This document shows positions 8,471-17,765 of a stretch of DNA of 52,219 bases, in pieces. The DNA comes from a virus (lineage: Duplodnaviria; Caudoviricetes). Position numbers and translations under genes: made by a program. The stretch's first letter is position 1; each line of letters opens with the position of its first letter. Below the pieces are notes generated by a model. That model saw only the letters and a list, made by a program, of their open reading frames with translations. It did not search any database and was not told the DNA's origin. The stretch is from IMG/VR virus record IMGVR_UViG_3300048997_000467, positions 1 through 52,219 of that record; one strand, written 5' to 3'.

Positions 8471-10287
8471 TGCTCCCACGCCTTCTCCTCGCCTTCCTCG
8501 CGCTCGCCTCGGCCGCCTTTGGCCAGGTGCGCGGGATCACCGCCAACCCGGCCACCAGCGCGCTCCTCTGGCCGAGCGCCTCCTCGTTCCGCAGCCAAAA
8601 CGGCATCGCCCCCCTCGCCGGCGCGGCGCTCACCAGCGCCACCGTGAACGGCCTCACGATCACCAGCGGCTCGGGCGCCACGCTCACCATCGCCGATGAC
8701 AAGACCTTCGCGGTAAACAGCAATCTCACGCTCACGAGCGCGGATGGCGCCACGCTGAATATCGGGACCGGGGCCGTGCTCAGCGCGCTGGCCAACAATA
8801 CTTCGACCTCGGTGGTCCTTTCCAATGTGACGCTCCAGCTCGCGGGGCTCGGCGCTACGCCGCTGGATGCCGATCAGCTCTCCAGCGGCCTCATTCCCGC
8901 CGCGCGCTTCTCCTCGGCTGTCACGCCGGCCTGGAGCTCCACCATGGCCTACACGGCCGGGCAGAGCGTGGCCGGCAGCGATGGCAATGTGTACCGCGCC
9001 CTGGCGAGCACCACGAACAACGACCCCACCGGGGACGATGGCTCGCACTGGCAGGCCGCGCGCGTGCTCGCCGATGTGACGCTGAACGTCCCCAGCCGCT
9101 TCGCCACCTTCGCCACGGCGTGGGCGTTCCTCAAAGCGGCCGCGATCGCGCGCGATGCCACGGCCACCATTCAATTTGCCGATGGCACCTACACGATGGG
9201 CAGCACGCGCTTCTCGCTCAATCACCCCTTTGGCGGCCAGATTCGCCTCCTCGGCAATACCACCACGCTCGGCAACGTGGTGCTCGATTGGTCGGGCGCG
9301 AGCTTCGCGGCCAATGGCCTGAGCTATGCCGCCGACAACATCGGCGCGATGTACGTGAACCACGGCCACGTCTCGCCGCGGATCGATGGTTTCAAGGTGA
9401 TCGGCCCCGGCCGCACGAACGCCACCTGCGGCTACGGCTTCGAGGCGTTCGATAATGCCACGCTCAACTTCGGCCCGAAGATGTGGGTGACGGATTTCTA
9501 TTGCGCCGTGGCCACCTTCTTCTGCAGCGCCGCCTTCTGCGATTACATGCACGTGGCCAATGGGGCCGACGGCAACCTCTTCGTCTATGGCTCGAGCTCG
9601 ATCAGCTTCCAGGGCGGGCTCTCCGAAGGCGCGGGCAGCTACTACGCCATGTCGGGCGCGATCATGGAATTTTCCAGCTCGCTCTTCGCGCCGAACGCTA
9701 CCTTTCAGAATAACGCCGGCTCGCAGATCGCCCTCGATTACGGCTCCAGCGCGATGGTGGATGGCTCCACATTCGTGAGCGCTGGCGCCTTCGATTCCGC
9801 GCCCGCCATCAAATGCCTCGCCGGGTCGATGAGCGTTCAGCGCAATGGATGCACCTTCACCAATTGCTCCGGGCTGGATCACCAAATCTCGCAGGGCACC
9901 AGCGCGAGCACCGACTTTCCAGGGCAGCAAATCGCGTTCGGCCTGCAGACCGGTTTCGCGAGCTTCCTGCCGCAGTTCTGTTTCGCGGAAGATGCGGCGA
10001 CGGTGGGCATGAGCCTCACGCAGCAAAACGTGGCCACGGTCGCGTGGGGCTTCAATGGCACCACCACCCTGCTTTACGGCGGCGACTACACGGGCATCGA
10101 GTGGCGCACCGGCACCAGCGGCATCACGGGCGGCACGCTCATGGGGAGCATCAACGCCAAGGGCTTCACGCCGGTGAAGCTGGCCGCCGATCCCGGCAGC
10201 CCGAGCGAAGGCGCGCTTTACTACAACACCGCCACGCACCATTGGTTCGGCTACAACGGCACCGCCTTCGTGCAGCTCGATAACTGA
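8470..10287 (+). CDS. Tail spike / fibre-like protein, 605 aa, with signal-peptide-like N-terminus, CBM5/12-like motif and beta-helix-like region
   Basis: MLPRLLLAFLALASAAFG; WSSTMAYTAGQSV..DGNVYRAL..NNDP..SHW; TIQFADGTY; C-terminal GALYYNTA..F.GYNGTAF. Confidence 0.7.
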   Translation: MLPRLLLAFLALASAAFGQVRGITANPATSALLWPSASSFRSQNGIAPLAGAALTSATVNGLTITSGSGATLTIADDKTFAVNSNLTLTSADGATLNIGTGAVLSALANNTSTSVVLSNVTLQLAGLGATPLDADQLSSGLIPAARFSSAVTPAWSSTMAYTAGQSVAGSDGNVYRALASTTNNDPTGDDGSHWQAARVLADVTLNVPSRFATFATAWAFLKAAAIARDATATIQFADGTYTMGSTRFSLNHPFGGQIRLLGNTTTLGNVVLDWSGASFAANGLSYAADNIGAMYVNHGHVSPRIDGFKVIGPGRTNATCGYGFEAFDNATLNFGPKMWVTDFYCAVATFFCSAAFCDYMHVANGADGNLFVYGSSSISFQGGLSEGAGSYYAMSGAIMEFSSSLFAPNATFQNNAGSQIALDYGSSAMVDGSTFVSAGAFDSAPAIKCLAGSMSVQRNGCTFTNCSGLDHQISQGTSASTDFPGQQIAFGLQTGFASFLPQFCFAEDAATVGMSLTQQNVATVAWGFNGTTTLLYGGDYTGIEWRTGTSGITGGTLMGSINAKGFTPVKLAADPGSPSEGALYYNTATHHWFGYNGTAFVQLDN

Positions 10288-10540
10288 CGCGCCGGGCCGC
10301 GGCTCACCAGCCGCCATCCATGAACTCGCCCACGCGGAGCCAGAAATAGACGACGAACGCGGCCAGCAACAGGCCGCCGGGGATCAGCACGTAGAGAGGG
10401 AGCTCATTTAGCATCGGGTCATTTTAGCATTGAGCATTTCCGAGCGGATGCCCAGCGCCGCCGGTGGGCCCAAATGCTCCATGATAAATGTTCCCTGTTC
10501 AATGCCCGCCCCTCCGCCGATTTGACACGGGCGAGCGTGC

Positions 10541-10783
10541 GTGATCCCCACGCTCGAACGCCACTCCATCATCACCGGCTCGGTGGGGACGATCTTCACC
10601 ATTTCGGCGAAGGCGATGGCCGACTGGATGGAGCAGCTCAACCCCTTCCTGCAAACGTGGTCGAACGCCATGGCGGCGATCGGCGGCACCATCACCGTCT
10701 TCCTTATGCTGCGCAAAGTGGTGCCGATCCTCGCCGGCTACGGCCGCGCGCTCCTTTCCCTCCTGAAACCCCGCCGCCCATGA
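10541..10783 (+). CDS. Small membrane protein (holin/antiholin-like), 80 aa
   Basis: Hydrophobic segments, basic C-terminus, TTGACAC upstream, lysis region. Confidence 0.55.
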   Translation: MIPTLERHSIITGSVGTIFTISAKAMADWMEQLNPFLQTWSNAMAAIGGTITVFLMLRKVVPILAGYGRALLSLLKPRRP

Positions 10784-10977
10784 AAACTTCCGCCTGGCTG
10801 AAAGGCCTCATCGCCGCCTTCGTCTCCAGCGCCGCCAACTCGATCACGAACATGATCGTGGCGCCGGATACCTTCAACCTGCACGAAGGCATGGGCCGGC
10901 TGGGCGCCACCACGCTCATCGCGGGCATCATCGGCGCCGCGCTCTACCTCAAGCAATCGCCGGTGCCGGCGGAGTAG
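10780..10977 (+). CDS. Putative holin, 65 aa
   Basis: Two hydrophobic helices; ATGA overlap; upstream of endolysin. Confidence 0.6.
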   Translation: MKTSAWLKGLIAAFVSSAANSITNMIVAPDTFNLHEGMGRLGATTLIAGIIGAALYLKQSPVPAE

Positions 10978-10989
10978 CGCCGAAGGCGC

Positions 10990-11168
10990 CTGAGTAGCGC
11001 TGCCTTCCAGGCGGCATCCAAAACCGCCCGCGCGCAGCGCCTCATTTCCTCCCCGCCCTCGCGCAGGGACAAAGCGCGGCCTGACAAATTGTGTCTATGC
11101 GAGCCGGGCGAATAGAGACGCTGCGCGTTTTGGTTTTCCGAAGCCGCATGGAAGGCAGCGCTCCTCAG
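10990..11168. repeat. REPIN-like inverted pair of GTAG/GGAG-type REP sequences; third copy at 50240..50286
   Basis: GTAGCGCTGCCTTCCAGGCGGC at 10994 and 50240; inverted GGAGCGCTGCCTTCCATGCGGC ending at 11164. Confidence 0.7.
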
Positions 11169-11378
11169 CGCCACCGGCATCAACACACCGTTTCCGAACT
11201 ATTTTTCGCTTTCGCAAACTAACTCTTGATTCATGCACGTAAATCGAGTTTAGTTGCGATGTCAGGAAGAAAGCAAACCTCACTGGCCGGAGCAAAAAGA
11301 CCGCTGCTCCCGCCCGCCGGCCAGTGAAAACCAGAGGGCAAGGTGCTACTAACACCCGGAGCAGCGGCGAAACAAACA

Positions 11379-11849
11379 GTGCAAACGAATAATTACGACC
11401 GCCACCAAAAAGTGTCTCGCCTCCAGGCCCGCCAGAAGCTCTCCAATTGCGCGTTGCTGGTGGCCTACATCCACGGCCAGCCCGGCGGCTGGTACGGCAT
11501 CGCCAGCGGGCACGTCGATGGTTTCGCGAACGATTATGCCTACGTCCATTCCAATCCCGGCGACATCCAGGTTCACCCGATTCGCGCCTTTTTTATCGAG
11601 GGTACAGAGAACGCAGACGAGCTTGCCGAGCTGGACCAAATTTGCGCCGCGGTGGCGGAGTACCACGACAGCGACCGGCCCCTGATCGCCACCTTCACCG
11701 GCGAGGAGAAAGAAGCCGCTCTCGTCGCAGTCCGGCAGGCGCTGGCTCAAGAAAAGCCAGAGGACACAGAGGCGTGGCTGAGAGACCTCTGTGGCAGCTT
11801 TTCCGAGCTTTCGTTCTGCGACTGGGACGCGGTCGTTAAAGGCCTCTGA
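11379..11849 (+). CDS. Hypothetical moron protein (start 11343 or 11379)
   Basis: Lower-GC ORF with an AT-rich upstream region, between holin and endolysin. Confidence 0.6.
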   Translation: MQTNNYDRHQKVSRLQARQKLSNCALLVAYIHGQPGGWYGIASGHVDGFANDYAYVHSNPGDIQVHPIRAFFIEGTENADELAELDQICAAVAEYHDSDRPLIATFTGEEKEAALVAVRQALAQEKPEDTEAWLRDLCGSFSELSFCDWDAVVKGL

Positions 11850-11867
11850 AAAAGAGCTTCCGCTCAA

Positions 11868-12071
11868 ATGAAAAAGCCCAAGAAAGCCCAGCACGGCGGC
11901 AAGCGCGAAGGCTCCGGCCGCCCTCCCACCGTACCGGACGGCGTCCGCTCCAGCGTGACCCTCACCCGAGATTCCTGGGCGCGCCTCCGGGCCGAGGCCC
12001 GCCGGCATGCCAGCGGCCGCACCGTCAGCGCCGTCCTCGAAAGCTACGCTCAATCCCTGCCCGAAAGTTGA
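11868..12071 (+). CDS. Small ribbon-helix-helix-like DNA-binding protein, 67 aa
   Basis: HGGKREGSGRP motif followed by a beta-strand and two helices. Confidence 0.6.
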   Translation: MKKPKKAQHGGKREGSGRPPTVPDGVRSSVTLTRDSWARLRAEARRHASGRTVSAVLESYAQSLPES

Positions 12072-12163
12072 GAGTGGAGGGGGAGGAAGCGGCTTCGCCG
12101 CGGCGGCTCGGAGTCCCCTCGACCATAAGCCAACCCTCGGCCGGTTGACTCGCCAGCCAGCGC

Positions 12164-12706
12164 ATGAGCGCTGCTTTCGACCGGGCCATCGGCTTCGTGC
12201 TCCCCCATGAGACGGAGTTTCGCCGCGGGCATTGGGGGGAGGATGCCTTTGTGCTCACCGAGCACGTGGCGGGCGATGGCGGCGGCGCCACGCGCTACGG
12301 GATCGATCAGCGCAGCCACCCGGGCGTGCCGGTGAACGCGCTCACCCGCGCGCAGGCGATCGAGCTTTACCGGCGGGAATGGAACGCCCACGCGCTGGAT
12401 CTCCTGCCGGAGCGCCTGGCCATCGCGGCTTTCGATGTGTGGGTGAACGGCGGGACCGCGAGCCTCTGGCTGCAGCGCGCCTTCAATCGCACCCATCGCT
12501 TCGATGCCGACTTGAAGGAAGACGGGCAGCTCGGCCCGGTGAGCCTGAAGGCGCTCCGCGGCGCGGATGAATACTCGATCCTGGAAGAATTCATCCGCCA
12601 GCGCGACGAGCGTTTCCGCCGCCTGGCCGAGAACCCGAGCCAGCGCAAATTCCTGGAAGGCTGGCTCACGCGCGACCGCGATCTGCGCTCCTACCTCCTG
12701 GCCTGA
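12164..12706 (+). CDS. Endolysin, glycoside hydrolase family 108
   Basis: HE...DGGGATRYGI, FDVWVNGG, LQRA, DGQLGP, KFLEGW..R motifs. Confidence 0.88.
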   Translation: MSAAFDRAIGFVLPHETEFRRGHWGEDAFVLTEHVAGDGGGATRYGIDQRSHPGVPVNALTRAQAIELYRREWNAHALDLLPERLAIAAFDVWVNGGTASLWLQRAFNRTHRFDADLKEDGQLGPVSLKALRGADEYSILEEFIRQRDERFRRLAENPSQRKFLEGWLTRDRDLRSYLLA

Positions 12707-12931
12707 ATGCGCGCCCTCGCCGCCCTCCTCACCCGCTGGCCGTGGACGCTGCACCTCGCGAGCCTGGAGCGCGCGCTGCGCGCCGAGCTGGATCTCCGCG
12801 CGCGCTGCGCGGCGATCGGCCGCCGCTCGCCCCACCAGATCCCACCGCCCACGGGCCGGCTGCTCTGGCTGGCCCTCGCGCTCCTCGCCGCGCACCCGCT
12901 CGGCCAGGCGATCGCGTGGGCGCTGCGGTGA
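12707..12931 (+). CDS. Hypothetical membrane protein, 74 aa
   Basis: Abuts the endolysin stop; hydrophobic C-terminus. Confidence 0.45.
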   Translation: MRALAALLTRWPWTLHLASLERALRAELDLRARCAAIGRRSPHQIPPPTGRLLWLALALLAAHPLGQAIAWALR

Positions 12932-12975
12932 GAGTTGATGGTTGAGAGGCCGGAGCGGCTTCGCGGCGAGGACGC

Positions 12976-13443
12976 CTAGCTCACGCCAGCGGCGCGCCGG
13001 AGACCGCCAGCGCCACTCGGCAGCCAGCCGGTAATTTCGGGCGGAAGGTGGAAAAGCTGGGCCACGCTCGCGGCAATGGGCTGGAGGCCGGGTCCTCCCT
13101 GGCGGGTGAAGTAATGCACCCACGCGAGCTCCTCGGCATAGGCCCATAGGGCGAATTCCTCGCGCCGCACTCGGGTGTCGCCCCGTGCGCGGCCGAGCCA
13201 TTGGCGATAGGCCGCCGGCTCCCACAGGATGCCGGCGACGAGGAAGCCGCGGAGCGTGAGGGCGGCGGCGAGCGCGTCCTGCTCCAGCCGCGCCTGATCG
13301 AAGGCGGCCGCATCCACCGGCCCCTCGGCCGGCAGCCACCAATCGTACGCCGAGCACAGCCGCACCAGCACGAGCGCCCCCGGCCGCGCGAGCCGCTCGC
13401 CCGCCAGCGCTTCGATGCGCACCCGCTCGAGCCCCGCACCCAC
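12976..13443 (-). CDS. Hypothetical protein, about 155 aa
   Basis: GTG 13443 just after the upstream stop; last gene of the leftward operon. Confidence 0.5.
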   Translation of the reverse strand: MGAGLERVRIEALAGERLARPGALVLVRLCSAYDWWLPAEGPVDAAAFDQARLEQDALAAALTLRGFLVAGILWEPAAYRQWLGRARGDTRVRREEFALWAYAEELAWVHYFTRQGGPGLQPIAASVAQLFHLPPEITGWLPSGAGGLRRAAGVS

Positions 13444-13447
13444 GCCG

Positions 13448-13666
13448 CTACGCCTCCACCCGCCGGCCCATGAGAAACGCCGCCCCTTCGGCCGCCAGCG
13501 CCTCCACCGCCGCCAGCCGGGGCGAACTGGGCCACACCTGCACCACCTGGCCGGTGGAGACATCCACCTCCGCCACAAACCGGGGCTCCTGGGTGTGAAT
13601 GACGAAATCGCGCTCATCGCCATCGTCGGAAATGAGGAAACGGGGGAGTGTGGGCGGCTGCGGCAT
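13448..13666 (-). CDS. Hypothetical protein, 72 aa
   Basis: ORF in the leftward operon. Confidence 0.6.
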   Translation of the reverse strand: MPQPPTLPRFLISDDGDERDFVIHTQEPRFVAEVDVSTGQVVQVWPSSPRLAAVEALAAEGAAFLMGRRVEA

Positions 13667-13684
13667 GGCAGGGGGCGAGTTTGC

Positions 13685-13915
13685 CTAGCTCTTCGGATTC
13701 CCAGGAGCAAAGCTGGATAAAATCGTCTTCGCCGAAACCGCATCGTCTCCGTACAAGCTGAGCTTCGTCCCACCGGAAAAGCCGATGGTGATGTGAGGCC
13801 CCGGTGAATAGGCAATGTCGTTCGGGTCTTCATCCTCGAGGACTTTGTCGCCCGTATCCACCCAGGCGATTTGATCGGGATCCGCCGCATGCGTGGGAGA
13901 GAGCTTGATGAACAT
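13685..13915 (-). CDS. Hypothetical protein, 76 aa
   Basis: ORF in the leftward operon. Confidence 0.55.
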   Translation of the reverse strand: MFIKLSPTHAADPDQIAWVDTGDKVLEDEDPNDIAYSPGPHITIGFSGGTKLSLYGDDAVSAKTILSSFAPGNPKS

Positions 13916-14148
13916 AGGAAACGAATGCTGCCGCCGAACTTTTCGCGGTCAATCCTGAACCCGCGGCGTTTTCGTGAGGCGGACGAAGATGAGATCGCCG
14001 CAGGGCTGGCCTTGGCGGTCAAGCGGCTGGAGGCGCTCCTTGGGCGAAGCCCACCAGCGGAGATCGTCAAACGGGATGAGGAGCCCATGGCCGCGAGGGT
14101 GTAGCGCTGCCGGCCGTCGGCGGTTGCCGCGATTGGAGAGTTTTTGTT

Positions 14149-14391
14149 TCACAGAAAGGAGGGCTGTTCTTGGGCGCGGCCCTCTTTCTCCGCCACGGCA
14201 TCGATCGCCTGGCGGGCGGCTTCCAGGTACTCGCGCGAAGGGTCTTTCTTCACTTCCTGCTCCGGCCGGTAGGTCGCCCACACGAGCGCTTGCAGCGGCT
14301 TCGGCACCATCCGCCAATGGCGGGCGCACATGAGCAGCTTCGGCGGGACGTGCGACCCGCATCCTTTCGCGTGGCAGTGGTGTTCATTCAT
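14149..14391 (-). CDS. Small Cys/His zinc-finger-like protein, 80 aa
   Basis: HHCHAKGC...LMCARHW. Confidence 0.65.
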   Translation of the reverse strand: MNEHHCHAKGCGSHVPPKLLMCARHWRMVPKPLQALVWATYRPEQEVKKDPSREYLEAARQAIDAVAEKEGRAQEQPSFL

Positions 14392-14418
14392 GGGAAATTA
14401 GGATTTAGGATTTAGGAT

Positions 14419-14712
14419 TTAGGATTTCGCAGGCTCGCGGCGGGGCTCCTCGGTGGTGGGGAAAGGCTCGGTTTCGCGGAAGCGGGCTTGCTGATCGGCG
14501 AGGAAGCCGGCGATGCAGTGGCGCTGCGGCGGGCTGAGATCGGCGATCATCTCGGCCGGGATGGCTTTGAGGAATTGGGCGCAGTTGTTCACGCCCTGGA
14601 GCACGTGGAACTTTGAATCTGCCTCCGCACACAGCGCGGCGGTGATTTCCTCGGCGGTGACCGACACCTCGACTTCCACTTCGCCGAGGCAAACTGACTT
14701 GGTGATTTTCAT
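14419..14712 (-). CDS. Hypothetical protein, 97 aa
   Basis: ORF in the leftward operon. Confidence 0.6.
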   Translation of the reverse strand: MKITKSVCLGEVEVEVSVTAEEITAALCAEADSKFHVLQGVNNCAQFLKAIPAEMIADLSPPQRHCIAGFLADQQARFRETEPFPTTEEPRREPAKS

Positions 14713-14813
14713 GGGTAGCTATCTTTCGCCTTCTCTAACTCGTGCCACGCCACGCGCCCCCGCGGACGCTTGCGCAAATCTTAAATCTTAAATGGTAAAT
14801 CATAAATGCCCCC

Positions 14814-15566
14814 TCACGCGCTTCGCTCCCGCAGCCGCTCATAGACGCTGGTGATGTACGCGGCGGCGTTGTACTCGGCTCGCTGGGCCGCGGGTTTCAG
14901 GAGGAATTCCTGCAGGGCGGCGACGAGCGCGGGGCGGTCTTCGCGGGTGCGGCCTTCCCACAGGGCGCCGTTCTGGAGCATTTCGGGCGCGCCCACGGTG
15001 CGGTAGAGATCGGCCCACAGACCGCCGGGCACATCCTCCTCTCCCCGCGCGAAGCGCAGGGGCGGCGCAGCCGCTTCCCCCGAGTCTTCCTTCAGCGACC
15101 GCTGGCGAGTCTGCGCGCCGCGGCGCGCTGAGTCGTTAGCTCTGCTCTTTTCTTTTCTCTTCTCAGCCGGCTGCGCGCTCGCGGCCGCGGGGGGCACGAG
15201 CTGCGGCGGGAAGAGCAGCTCTCCCTGGGCGGGCGGGGGCTCGGCATCGCCAAAGCTCGTTTCGTTCTGCCCGTCGTCGTTCCGGTACTCGGGCGCGATC
15301 TCCAGCCACTCTTTCCGGTGCGTGGCCTTGCGCAGGAATACGCCAAGCGCTACGAGGTGATCTCGCGCGGCGGCTATATCCTTCAGGCCCACAAAGGCGC
15401 GTGCTGGGAAAACCACGCTCCGAAGGAGCGGAGCATCGTAAGGGAGACAATTGCGCGCATCGCGCGCGAGCTGGGCAAACATGAGCAGATCCCGCTGGAA
15501 GGAGCTGAGCTGGGAGACGATGGGTGAGAACAGGAGCCACAGCGGCACCTTGCGAAAGCCCATCAT
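14814..15566 (-). CDS. Putative replication initiator (wHTH, linker, DnaD-like C-terminus), 250 aa
   Basis: N-terminal helical/wHTH-like region, EKRKEK linker, C-terminal NAAAYITSV. Confidence 0.5.
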   Translation of the reverse strand: MMGFRKVPLWLLFSPIVSQLSSFQRDLLMFAQLARDARNCLPYDAPLLRSVVFPARAFVGLKDIAAARDHLVALGVFLRKATHRKEWLEIAPEYRNDDGQNETSFGDAEPPPAQGELLFPPQLVPPAAASAQPAEKRKEKSRANDSARRGAQTRQRSLKEDSGEAAAPPLRFARGEEDVPGGLWADLYRTVGAPEMLQNGALWEGRTREDRPALVAALQEFLLKPAAQRAEYNAAAYITSVYERLRERSA

Positions 15567-15620
15567 GCGGCGGTGGAGAGTTGATGGTTGATGGTTGAGG
15601 GATGGCTTCGCCCGCAGGGC

Positions 15621-15887
15621 TTACGCCCGGTCGCTGAGCGAGGGGAGGTGCGCCCAGTGCGTGGGCGGGGCGGAGGTGGGATCGGCCTCATCGAAGGCCA
15701 TGCCGAGGGCATCGCGCCAGGTGGCGCCATCGAGAAAGCCGATGGTGCTCGGTTCGTCCCAATCGTCATTGAAGACGAGCACGGTGAGATCGGAATCGGG
15801 CAGCTCGGCTTCCACGGGGTTCACGCGGATGGGCAGCGGGAAGGAGGCGCAGGGAGCAGGCTTTGCGGGCGGGGCTTTGGTAGGCAT
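15621..15887 (-). CDS. Hypothetical protein (DUF551-like), 88 aa
   Basis: ELPD...VLV...G....W...PTHWAHLP pattern. Confidence 0.6.
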   Translation of the reverse strand: MPTKAPPAKPAPCASFPLPIRVNPVEAELPDSDLTVLVFNDDWDEPSTIGFLDGATWRDALGMAFDEADPTSAPPTHWAHLPSLSDRA

Positions 15888-15938
15888 TCGTTAGGCGGGT
15901 TGAGGGTTGAAAGTTGAGGGTTGACGCAGGGCCGAGGG

Positions 15939-16430
15939 TTACTTGCAGGCCTTTCGGGATTCGCCGCCGAAGACGTATTGTTTGAAGCCGAGCCACCGGC
16001 CATCGCGCACGAAGCCCCAAGGGCGGGATTTGCGCAGGACGATCACCAGCGTCCAGCAATTGCCGCATTGCGAGGCACGGACGCGGTGGAGGTGCTCGGC
16101 GGGGAAGCTGCGCACCCACGGCGCCTCGAAGAGGAGGGTGCGCGCGAGGGTGCCATCCGGCGCAAAGACATCCTCGAAATACCAGCCCCACAGGCCGATG
16201 CTGACGAAGCGGCGCGGGTGGTCGTGGGGATCGAGCGCCCAATCGTCGCCCAGGAAATGGTGAAGATAGAGGCCGCACCCGAAGGCTTCCAGAAACGTCC
16301 AGCGCTCCAGGTAAACGGGACAGGCGCCGTTGCCGCTCATCGACTCGTAAAAGAAGCAGCGGTAAAGCAGCCGCCACAGCCAGGAAGCTTCCGCGCCGGC
16401 GGGAGGGTGATTGGTATCGATGATCTTCAT
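15939..16430 (-). CDS. Cupin-fold protein, 163 aa
   Basis: YLERW, LHHF..DD..PHDHP, G.Y.E, HLHRV, WTLV motifs. Confidence 0.7.
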   Translation of the reverse strand: MKIIDTNHPPAGAEASWLWRLLYRCFFYESMSGNGACPVYLERWTFLEAFGCGLYLHHFLGDDWALDPHDHPRRFVSIGLWGWYFEDVFAPDGTLARTLLFEAPWVRSFPAEHLHRVRASQCGNCWTLVIVLRKSRPWGFVRDGRWLGFKQYVFGGESRKACK

Positions 16431-17482
16431 GGGATGCTCTCCGCTGGCGTGCCATTCGTGCTCGTTCGTGCTTTTCGTGATGGCCCGCAGGGCTCTGCCA
16501 GGCTGGGAAACTCGTTCCATTCGCGGCCATCGAGCAGGCGGCCGGCGGCTTTCTTACCGACACGCTCCATCCCTTCGGCGCGCCCCTCCCAATAGTCGCC
16601 CTGGCTGCCGGGCCGTCCGTTGGGAAGGAGGCAGAGCCCTACGCCATTGTTCGCGCCCGCGGTGGCCGGCTGCGGATACGGCCACCACTCGCCCCATTGC
16701 TTGAAGAAGAAGGGGACGCCGCTGGCCTGGCACTGCTCGCGCAGGGAGCGCGCCCACGCGGGGTGCATGGGCCGCGCCTCGGCCCCGCTCTCGCCGCCGC
16801 AGATCACCCAGTGGATTCCCATTTCCAGAGCGTTCCACTGCGCTCCCAACTCATCATCGTGGAGCGCGTCGAGTCGTACAGGCCCCAAGAGCGGCTCGCA
16901 GCTCAGGAAGCGGACCTTCGCGGGGATCTGCAGGAGCGTGGGAATTCGCTCATCAGCCCGCGTCTGATCCTCCACCGTGGTCCCTATCCAGACGTTTGTA
17001 GGCGGCGGTTCTAAGCCCTCGATCCAGCCGCCGATCCAGCAATCGAACGCCATATTATAGTTCTCGGTGGCGGCACTCGCGAGGGGCAATTGCTGGACCT
17101 GCTTCATCCGCTCCGCGAAATTCTCCGGCCGCTTCGTCAGCAACAACCAATCCAGATGCGGGGTGGCGTGGATCAGCTCGAGCAGATCGGCGAGCCACTC
17201 GATGGGCACTTCGTCATCCAGCCAATCGGCCAGGCTGGCGCAGAAGACGCGCGGGCGATCGGTTCTCGTCAGCGACAGCTTGTTCCACCGCCGCGGGAGC
17301 TTCCAGTTGGCCGCGCTGGTGCGCATGCGCGGGGCGCCGGGCCCCCAGTGATCCACCTTTTCCTGCAGGTGCCGGCGATCGCGCGTCTCCGCATAGCAAT
17401 GCGCGCAGCCGGGCGAGATTTTGGTGCAGCCGATCCACGGGTTGAACGTGTAATCGGTCCATTCGATGCGGGAGAGGGCCAT
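16427..17482 (-). CDS. Phage Gp37/Gp68 (DUF5131) family protein
   Basis: IEWTD.TFNPWIGCTKISPGCAHCYA, LLLTKRP, FLSCEPLLG, WVICGGESG, FFFKQWG. Confidence 0.9.
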   Translation of the reverse strand: MALSRIEWTDYTFNPWIGCTKISPGCAHCYAETRDRRHLQEKVDHWGPGAPRMRTSAANWKLPRRWNKLSLTRTDRPRVFCASLADWLDDEVPIEWLADLLELIHATPHLDWLLLTKRPENFAERMKQVQQLPLASAATENYNMAFDCWIGGWIEGLEPPPTNVWIGTTVEDQTRADERIPTLLQIPAKVRFLSCEPLLGPVRLDALHDDELGAQWNALEMGIHWVICGGESGAEARPMHPAWARSLREQCQASGVPFFFKQWGEWWPYPQPATAGANNGVGLCLLPNGRPGSQGDYWEGRAEGMERVGKKAAGRLLDGREWNEFPSLAEPCGPSRKARTSTNGTPAESIP

Positions 17483-17499
17483 TTGGGGAAGTTGAGAAG

Positions 17500-17724
17500 T
17501 TAGGAAGTTGATATTCGAGGCTTGGCGAGAAGGAGCCGGGGCGGAGGCGGGAGGCTCAATTGAGGGACCGGAGCTGGCTCGACAAAGAATTCGTCGTTTA
17601 AGCAGCGCGGACAGCACGCCGTTGTTCCGAGACCATCGGGAACTTGCCGAAGCTCTGCATAGAGCCCCTTCCATCGGCACTTGCGCACGTGGGTGCAGCG
17701 GTAAATATCGGTCTCGTCGTTCAT
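17500..17724 (-). CDS. Small zinc-ribbon protein, 74 aa
   Basis: C.....C.WKG ... CPRC. Confidence 0.5.
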   Translation of the reverse strand: MNDETDIYRCTHVRKCRWKGLYAELRQVPDGLGTTACCPRCLNDEFFVEPAPVPQLSLPPPPRLLLAKPRISTS

Positions 17725-17765
17725 TTGTGGGATTCGTGCTTTTCGTGGTCGCCGCGCAGCGGCTT

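Noticed and set aside
8470-11200. Diversity-generating retroelement acting on the spike
   Set aside because: No reverse transcriptase and no TR/VR pair seen; the downstream hairpin is REP-like
14398-14807. CRISPR or mini-array
   Set aside because: Units are 7-nt tandem repeats without spacers; no cas genes
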